Assembly: GCA_039818205.1 (NCBI GenBank)
Contig: JBCBUK010000021.1
Location: 1-50,090 of the forward strand
Length of the DNA: 50,090 bases
DNA from: Verrucomicrobiota bacterium
GTDB taxonomy: Bacteria > Verrucomicrobiota > Verrucomicrobiia > Opitutales > Cerasicoccaceae
Reading direction: 5' to 3'
Every line of letters starts with the position of its first letter. Position 1 is the stretch's first letter. A model generated the notes under the pieces. That model saw only the letters and a program-made list of their open reading frames with translations. It searched no databases and was not told the DNA's origin. Below are positions 43,748 to 50,090 of this stretch, piece after piece. The position numbers were made by a program, and so were the translations under genes.

Positions 43748-45232
43748 GTGAAAAATAGTTATCTGTATAATCTTTCGCTGACGCTGCTCATAGTTGCGAG
43801 CACAGCATTTACATGTGGATTGGACGCGAAGACCTCTCCATTCAAGAATAGTAACCGTATCGCAATTTCGGCTGATGGTAACCCGGATGCGGATCCCGAT
43901 GATATCGGAGCCACCGCCTTGACCCTTGCGGTTCTGGCGAAAGCGGGTCTGCAAGACAATCTGGTGCACTACGATTTCAACAACTGGATGGAGTATAAGC
44001 CAATTCCACCTCAAAGGAATCGCCTGTGGGATAGTGCGATGGGCGGTCAGTCTCGTTGGGGCTTCAATGGCGAGAAGTTTTTTGACGTCACTCAGGACCC
44101 TGATGCAGCGGTAGCTAACCTGACTGCGGAGATCAATAAATCCACGGCGAGCGATCCATTGTACGTGATCGCCGCTGGTCCGGTGCAATTGCTTTACCGT
44201 GCAATGGCGGCTGCAAATCCAGAAGCGCGCAACCACGTTGTTGTCGTATCTCACCATTACTATAACAACTATTATAAGCCCCGACTTTGGCAGCGAAATA
44301 TTGATGATCTGCAGGCGCTTCACCCGGACTTGAAACTGATCCAAATTAAGGACCAGAACCCAACCTTAAAGACCAAAGGAGACGACGCCTGGTTCTGGTT
44401 GCGTGACCACAGCGACCCAAATCTGCAGTGGGTATTTGAGCGGATCGAAGCTGGCCCCTCCGATGTGTCGGATGCGGGAATTGCAACATGGTTGATTGGT
44501 CTAAACGGAGACGATGAACGTATCACGATTGCGGAACTCAGTGATTGGATCGGATCGGATCCGATTCCCACGAACGGCGGTAGCGCCAATGCTCCGGCCG
44601 CACCACCTGCGGTAACGCCAGAGATTAATCTGCCCGTAACCGATAGCATTTTTCAAGAAGTTGACGGTCGAATCGTGATCGAGGCCGAGTCGGTTCCGTT
44701 GGATGGCGACTGGGTTATTGAAAACACCGAGCCGGATTTCACAGGATCCGGATACGTCCGCTACATGCCATCAAACATTAATGCAATCAACCAGCAATCC
44801 CGAGGTGTTTTGATCTATAAAATTCGGATCACTGAGCCAGGAAAATACCACATGGCATTGAAGCACTCCCACCGTGGTGCACCGGAGCGTGATAAATGGA
44901 ACGATTGTTGGACCTTGGTTGGAATCGATCCAGCTCCATGGGGCAATGTTCGAAAGACCTACCACAGCTTGACCAAGGAGCAGTATGAAAGTGGAGTTGG
45001 TTTCACTTTTCAGACGACCCATGATAACTATGGCGTGCTGGCAAAGCGTGAAGGACATTTTTCCAAACCGATTTATGATCTAGACGCGGGCGAGCATTAC
45101 TTTTTCGTTGTCGGACGCTCAGGTGGCTATCGCCTCGACAAGATTCATTTCTTCAAAGAGGGCGTGAGTGGCTTTCAGGACGACAGCATTCCACCAACGC
45201 CGATCATTTCCGGAGATGCTGTGAACTTATAA
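43748..45232 (+). CDS. Secreted nucleoside-hydrolase-like + CBM-like protein; short paralogue of 40123..43014
   Basis: Signal peptide. Colinear and highly similar to the first ~490 aa of the divergent gene (DGNPDADPDDIGAT, HRGAPERDKWNDCWTLVGIDPAP, GRSGGYRLDKIHFFKEGVSGF). Confidence 0.85.
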   Translation: MKNSYLYNLSLTLLIVASTAFTCGLDAKTSPFKNSNRIAISADGNPDADPDDIGATALTLAVLAKAGLQDNLVHYDFNNWMEYKPIPPQRNRLWDSAMGGQSRWGFNGEKFFDVTQDPDAAVANLTAEINKSTASDPLYVIAAGPVQLLYRAMAAANPEARNHVVVVSHHYYNNYYKPRLWQRNIDDLQALHPDLKLIQIKDQNPTLKTKGDDAWFWLRDHSDPNLQWVFERIEAGPSDVSDAGIATWLIGLNGDDERITIAELSDWIGSDPIPTNGGSANAPAAPPAVTPEINLPVTDSIFQEVDGRIVIEAESVPLDGDWVIENTEPDFTGSGYVRYMPSNINAINQQSRGVLIYKIRITEPGKYHMALKHSHRGAPERDKWNDCWTLVGIDPAPWGNVRKTYHSLTKEQYESGVGFTFQTTHDNYGVLAKREGHFSKPIYDLDAGEHYFFVVGRSGGYRLDKIHFFKEGVSGFQDDSIPPTPIISGDAVNL

Positions 45233-45346
45233 AGTGCGATGAGCTACCAAGGTGTCGTTCAGGTTCGTTTCGCCTGCCTCGATACTTGGATTGGTATCCA
45301 TTTTGGAGCCTCAGTTAATCGACTCAATGGTAATGGATTTTCGGAC

Positions 45347-45378
45347 GGCGCCTGGAGATTTCCAGGCGTTGTCTTTGT
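45347..45378 (+). terminator. Possible terminator hairpin between convergent genes
   Basis: GGCGCCTGGA-GATT-TCCAGGCGTT followed by GTCTTTGT; the U-tract is weak. Confidence 0.4.
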
Positions 45379-45431
45379 ATAGACAAGCGGTAGATAGCTA
45401 TCGGTCAGCGAGCTATTTGTCTAAAGGTAAT

Positions 45432-46586
45432 CTAGCCTTTTCGTTGGTTAAACCCGAAATCAATGAGCCAGAAAAAGAAGCTGAAAAGGATAATCTCGAA
45501 TCCAAGCGAGACCAAGGTTACACCGGGTATCAGCCAACGCAATGTGCGCTCGGGGTCCAGCGGACCAAAACCAGCAATCGCCCAGGAGGCGATTGCGACC
45601 AAGGTAAGCAAAGAACCGCCAGCAACGACAACGCCACCGATGAAGGTCCAATTTTCGAATGGCAGTAACTTCTCCAAACGCGCAAGCGAAGCATGTGGCG
45701 GGTGTAGCCCGTAGCGAATCGCATACGTTTTCGCCAGTATCGAGAACATCACGCACTGCAAACCGATGGTCACGAAGAGCGAGCCCATTAGGAGGGTGTG
45801 GACGCCAAGTTCCAGCCCAAGAAATTTGCCAGGGCCAGGAAGCAACCAAATCCAGATTATCAATCCTAGACCAATTAGGAAGAGGCCTGGGATCAGATAA
45901 AGCCAGCGCGGGCTGAACACCAGTAGAAATCGCAGATGTCGCCAACCATCTCGCCAGGTGTTGAGGTGGGGCGCCCTCGAGCGCCCATCGGGCGACAGCT
46001 TGGTCGGAACTTCGCCAATTTTCAGGCCCATAAGCGAGGCCTTAACGACCATTTCACTGGCAAACTCCATGCCCGGTGTTACCATCTTTAAATCCTTTAT
46101 GGCCTGTCGGCGGAATCCGCGTAGTCCGCAATGGAAGTCGCCGCAATCCGTCCGAAAGAACAGGCGGCCGAGAAATGACAATACCGGGTTGCCAAGGTAT
46201 CGATGAAGCCAGGGCATTGCGCCGGGCTCGATGCCACCTTGAAATCGATTGCCCATGACAAGGTCATACCCGTCGTTCAACTTCTCCCAAAAAAGATCTA
46301 GTCGGCTAAAGTCGTAGCTATCATCGGCATCGCCCATGATTATGAAGCGTCCCTGTGCGCTTTCGATTCCCTGAATCAATGCCGCCCCATAACCCCGGCG
46401 AGGTGCATGGACGACACGGGCACCCGCCTTTTCAGCAATCTCTTGAGAGCCGTCGGTGCTACCGTTGTCAGAAATTAGGACCTCTCCCTGGATTCCAGCT
46501 TTCTGGATCCAACCACGTGCCTTGTTGACGCAAACCTCGATGGTTTCCGCTTCATTCAGGCAGGGTAAGAGAATGGTTAATTCCAT
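45432..46586 (-). CDS. GT2 polyprenyl-phosphate glycosyltransferase (DPM-synthase/GtrB-like) with C-terminal TM helices
   Basis: LLPCLNEAETI, DNGSTDGS, RRGYGAAL, MGDADDSYD, DFHCGLRGF, GMEFASEMV, TWRDGWRHL; about 4 C-terminal TM segments. Confidence 0.92.
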   Translation of the reverse strand: MELTILLPCLNEAETIEVCVNKARGWIQKAGIQGEVLISDNGSTDGSQEIAEKAGARVVHAPRRGYGAALIQGIESAQGRFIIMGDADDSYDFSRLDLFWEKLNDGYDLVMGNRFQGGIEPGAMPWLHRYLGNPVLSFLGRLFFRTDCGDFHCGLRGFRRQAIKDLKMVTPGMEFASEMVVKASLMGLKIGEVPTKLSPDGRSRAPHLNTWRDGWRHLRFLLVFSPRWLYLIPGLFLIGLGLIIWIWLLPGPGKFLGLELGVHTLLMGSLFVTIGLQCVMFSILAKTYAIRYGLHPPHASLARLEKLLPFENWTFIGGVVVAGGSLLTLVAIASWAIAGFGPLDPERTLRWLIPGVTLVSLGFEIILFSFFFWLIDFGFNQRKG

Positions 46587-46598
46587 CGGCGTTGCTGA

Positions 46599-47201
46599 TT
46601 ACTTCGGCTGGAGGTGAACGACAAAGTGAAGCCCATATTCGAAGACCAGGTTAATTGGGAATGGATATAGACCCAACTCAGTTTTAAGTGATTTGATTGA
46701 AAGACCGCTGGATTCCCAAGCGCGATGCCATTCGTCATGGTTCAAGTAGTTGTAAGGTAAGTTGACGCCATACCGTGCGTTCCCAACCCAATCCATAAAG
46801 GAAAGCCGCTGGTGGGATAGGGGGCCATTGTTGAAGTGGTCTTTGATGATGACGGAGTCCCGAGCAACCCGTTGAAACTCCTTCAGCAAAACAGTCGGGT
46901 CATCTGTATGGTGAAGAACGTCGACGCACATGATCGCGTCAAAGGAATTATCCTCGAATGGTATTTTTTTGCCGTCGAAAAAGGTCACGTCAATGTGGGT
47001 CTCCTCCCGAGGCAAGACGTCGACACCTTTCACCATGAGATCGGAATACTGCTCTGAGATGTTTTTGGCGAGTGAGCCATCTCCACAGCCAACGTCGAGA
47101 AGAGAACCAGCGTTCTCCACCTCTCGAGCGATGGATTCGGTCAATACCCGGATTCTTCTTGGAAATACTAAACCACTGTGGAGGGAGCCGATCACGAGCA
47201 A
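46599..47201 (-). CDS. Class I SAM-dependent methyltransferase
   Basis: LLDVGCGDG, KGVDV, IPFEDNSFD, VDVLHHTDDP. TTG start; ends 12 nt upstream of the GT2 start. Confidence 0.88.
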   Translation of the reverse strand: MLVIGSLHSGLVFPRRIRVLTESIAREVENAGSLLDVGCGDGSLAKNISEQYSDLMVKGVDVLPREETHIDVTFFDGKKIPFEDNSFDAIMCVDVLHHTDDPTVLLKEFQRVARDSVIIKDHFNNGPLSHQRLSFMDWVGNARYGVNLPYNYLNHDEWHRAWESSGLSIKSLKTELGLYPFPINLVFEYGLHFVVHLQPK

Positions 47202-47277
47202 TATATTTGGAGTTGCTTCAAGTAGACGTCAAAGCATAGTGACCGCAATGACTTTTTTGTCGAATTTGCGAACCAGT

Positions 47278-48771
47278 ATGGAAGGTAAATTACGGGATAG
47301 GGTGCCCGTTCTAGTCTTACTGATGATCGCAATTGTGGCCCTATTTGTCCCGCTTTTGATCGTTGTTCAGGGGTATACGCCTTCGGATGATATGCTCAGG
47401 CACGTCGGCTACGCAACGGTTGACAAAACATGGCATGATTACGTTGCGTTTCGTGATGGGATCTATGCTGAAATGGACACCCATCCCGGCTGGCACTTTT
47501 ACTTAAAAGGCTTTCATGGCCTATTTGGAATGGACCCCGACGGTTTGATCCTGGTTTCCATTCTTTCTTTGTTTGCCTTACTATTTGTCCCTGCCTGCCT
47601 CTTGTTGAAGCGCCCCGAGGCATTCCTGATCGCATTCTTGTTAGTCACTATGGTCGATTCGACGCTCTTGTTGCGAACAACAATGGGGCGGCCGTTCATC
47701 CTTCAGATGCTTTGTGTGCTGACGTTTCTTTTGTATTGGAATTTTTACCGGAAGGCCTGCCTAAGCTGGAAGTCGTTGGCTCCATTTTTCGTGCTCAGTG
47801 TCATCCAGACTTGGGCTCACAGCACTTGGTACCTCCTGGCTTTGCCAATCGCTGCATTTGGGATTCATTCCTATATTGAGCGAGAGTATAAGAAAACGAT
47901 CGCGGCAACTGCCGCTATTCTCGCGGGGATTATCGGGGGAGCCATTTTGACCGGGCATCCAATTGACTACTTGATTTGGAATGTAAAGTTGGTGATTTGG
48001 TGTTTGGAGCCGGCTCCGGACGCCACAATTGTGTCTGAGCTTCAGGCGATGAGTTTGAGTTCCACGCTGGTCCTGTTTTTCATTGGATATCTAGTATTGC
48101 GTCCCGTGATTTTGCCACAGGGCCGGGAGTCCTTGAGCCACCCCGCAGCAATCATGGCATTGATGTGTTGGTTGATGGGTTTTTTCGTTTCCCGCTTTTG
48201 GTCGGACTGGGGAATTATTGCGGCGTTATCTTTTGTTACCCTCGATGTTCAGCAATGGCTCAAAACAAAAACAGATGAACGCGGATTTGATCGGTTGGTG
48301 ATCACCGGTTTCTTTGCGGCCGTGATGATCGTCGGATTTACCATGGCACCACCTTTCAAGAAGATTTGGCAGACCGACCGTCTAGCAAAATACCGGAAGC
48401 TGGAGCTAAATCCCACATTTCAAGAAATGGCGGCAGGAGCGGATGGCACCGTTTACAATACCGATATTTTCGCGTTTTACCATTTTGTCTATTCGCGTCC
48501 CGACGCCGATTGGCAGTTCGCGCTTGGATTTGGCCCAGCATTAATGCGAGACGACCTCCGTGGGGTATATTATGACTATGCTGAAACGAAGCTATTCGAG
48601 TCGCTGGACCCGTGGTTTCAGGCACTTAAACCCAACGACTTGATCCTCCTTAGTAATGTCGATGTTCGCAACGCAGATCCTTCTAAGTATTATCGTGGTC
48701 TTGAGTGGTTGAAGGAAGGTGATATTTGGGTGGGGCGATTGAAGCCAACCGAACCCAACGAATTGAAATAG
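47278..48771 (+). CDS. Polytopic membrane protein, putative GT-C glycosyltransferase
   Basis: About 11-12 hydrophobic segments; acidic PSDDMLRH motif in the first external loop; RTTMGRPF; RFWSDW; soluble C-terminal domain. Start moved from 46930 to ATG 47278 (47248 also possible). Confidence 0.6.
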   Translation: MEGKLRDRVPVLVLLMIAIVALFVPLLIVVQGYTPSDDMLRHVGYATVDKTWHDYVAFRDGIYAEMDTHPGWHFYLKGFHGLFGMDPDGLILVSILSLFALLFVPACLLLKRPEAFLIAFLLVTMVDSTLLLRTTMGRPFILQMLCVLTFLLYWNFYRKACLSWKSLAPFFVLSVIQTWAHSTWYLLALPIAAFGIHSYIEREYKKTIAATAAILAGIIGGAILTGHPIDYLIWNVKLVIWCLEPAPDATIVSELQAMSLSSTLVLFFIGYLVLRPVILPQGRESLSHPAAIMALMCWLMGFFVSRFWSDWGIIAALSFVTLDVQQWLKTKTDERGFDRLVITGFFAAVMIVGFTMAPPFKKIWQTDRLAKYRKLELNPTFQEMAAGADGTVYNTDIFAFYHFVYSRPDADWQFALGFGPALMRDDLRGVYYDYAETKLFESLDPWFQALKPNDLILLSNVDVRNADPSKYYRGLEWLKEGDIWVGRLKPTEPNELK

Positions 48772-48953
48772 ACGATCTAGAGAATTGAATCAGGCGGAAT
48801 TTTTTAGAAATTATTGCTTCAGCTGATTGGTCTTAAAGTTCAGTCTGCCTTGACCCACATTTCGAACTTTGAGTTCTACCCGATTTGAAGACAACACTCC
48901 GGTTTGCTCAATCCGGTCCTTATCCGTGAACCTACTTTGCCACCCCAGATTCA

Positions 48954-50090
48954 ATGCAAAAGAATTTTTCCGTTGGTTTGATTGTACACCCTGATTGGCA
49001 GGCTGGGCGTAATATCATCCAGGGGGCCGCAGCTTATCGTGCAGAGAGCAAAGAAATAAAAATGCGCATTCTGCCATTTGATGGGCGATTCGTTCGCGAG
49101 GAGCTAGCGCAGTACTCCGGGTTCATGGTTCAACACCTGACGCCGAGTCATTTCAAATTCCTGAAGGGCCGTCCGGTTGTTTACCTGGACTACGTTTTTC
49201 CACCCAAGAATGCCCATTCGATAATTATTGATAACCGGCAGCTTGGTCGATTTGCCGCGGAACACTTGGGAGAAACGGGTGTGCGGTATTTTGGATACGT
49301 TGACTACCACTATGAAGAATCTGCAAGGAAGTCTGATCCAGAGGGGACAAGCAGGACCCAGATTCGTTTCGAAGGGTTTCGAGACCGGTTGTTAGAGAAT
49401 GGAATGGTGGAGCATAAGGAAGAAGTCTTCTATCATGCCATCTGGAAATATAATAAGTTGGTAGAATGGCTTCTTGGTTTACCGAAACCAATTGCGTTAT
49501 TTTGCCTAAACGATGATGCAGCGCTAACGATTGTTCAAGCCTGCCGGTTCTTGGGGATCGAGGTTCCGGAAGGTATCTCCGTTATGGGGGCAGACAATGA
49601 TGACGTGGTTTGCCGTATGTCGCCCGTTCCCATATCGAGTATTGATGTGAATTTCTTCGAGCTTGGTTACGAAGGGGCAAAACTGATGGATCGGCTGCTG
49701 CGAGATTTGCCAAGGGATAATATTCGGTTTTCGATTGCTCCGAACAAGGTTTGCGAGAGAGAGTCCACTCATGGTGTCGACCTAAATGACAACGTTGTCG
49801 TCGACGCCTATTCCTTCCTTCGAGCGCATCTATTGGATGAAATCTCTATTGATCAAGTCGCTAACGAGGTCGGTGTTGCCCCTCGTCGATTAGAACGACT
49901 ATTTCGGCGAGAGCTCGAAGTTTCCTTTGCTCAATGCCTCATTCGAGAACGGATACGGTATGCGGCGAGGCGGTTGCGCAATTCAAATGAGCAGGTGACA
50001 CATATCGCTCTCGAAGCACGGTTTCAGTCGTATCTTCACTTTTTCCGGAACTTCAAACAACAGATGGGAACGACGCCATCGAACTATCGG
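48954..50090 (+). CDS. XylR-type transcriptional regulator, 3' truncated by the window edge (absent from the ORF track)
   Basis: Open frame from ATG 48954: MQKNFSVGLIV...IDNRQLGRFAAEHL...PKPIALFCLNDD...GADNDDVVC...PISSID...FKQQMGTTPSNYR, running to the edge. Confidence 0.9.
   Translation, partial: MQKNFSVGLIVHPDWQAGRNIIQGAAAYRAESKEIKMRILPFDGRFVREELAQYSGFMVQHLTPSHFKFLKGRPVVYLDYVFPPKNAHSIIIDNRQLGRFAAEHLGETGVRYFGYVDYHYEESARKSDPEGTSRTQIRFEGFRDRLLENGMVEHKEEVFYHAIWKYNKLVEWLLGLPKPIALFCLNDDAALTIVQACRFLGIEVPEGISVMGADNDDVVCRMSPVPISSIDVNFFELGYEGAKLMDRLLRDLPRDNIRFSIAPNKVCERESTHGVDLNDNVVVDAYSFLRAHLLDEISIDQVANEVGVAPRRLERLFRRELEVSFAQCLIRERIRYAARRLRNSNEQVTHIALEARFQSYLHFFRNFKQQMGTTPSNYR

Noticed and set aside
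43742..44344. 200-aa minus-strand ORF, and similar ORFs opposite the paralogue
   Set aside because: Antisense shadows of the duplicated genes.
46930..47247. First ~106 aa of the 613-aa ORF
   Set aside because: Antisense overlap with the methyltransferase; the membrane protein begins at 47248 or 47278.

Overview
Bacterial genomic window. By inference from gene content (expanded XylR-type regulators, an S1 sulfatase, DPxxAxxW helical proteins, a lineage-typical C-terminal domain, an exosortase and no SusC/SusD) it most likely comes from a marine Verrucomicrobiota, probably Opitutales-like. All family calls come from motifs read by eye; no database search was run. (1) 1-7.2 kb is an integration-scar zone. 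It holds two 3' fragments of tRNA-Thr(CGT) (3559-3606 and a decayed copy at 6706-6751), IS remnants, a DUF4197 lipoprotein, a broken Ntox10-like toxin tip with an intact downstream putative immunity gene, and an RND-adaptor remnant. (2) A 2095-aa Gly-rich autotransporter follows. (3) Two secreted beta-helix proteins flank a tandem double XylR/AraC regulator. (4) A red-algal galactan (agar/porphyran) locus encodes a sulfatase, GH16, GH2, GH117, GH29, a XylR-type regulator and a close homologue of fungal D-galacturonate reductase GaaA. (5) A probably dedicated exosortase is translationally coupled to one surface protein with a non-canonical sorting signal (APGAPIPP-TM-KK). (6) A head-to-head paralogue pair encodes uncharacterised secreted nucleoside-hydrolase-like proteins with mirrored upstream motifs; one copy adds three 107-aa repeats and a CBM96-like domain. 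(7) A GT2 / methyltransferase / GT-C-like module and a truncated XylR-type gene end the window. The best candidates for undescribed systems are the exosortase-target pair, the duplicated NH-like enzyme pair, the GaaA-like enzyme in a porphyran locus, and the double XylR.
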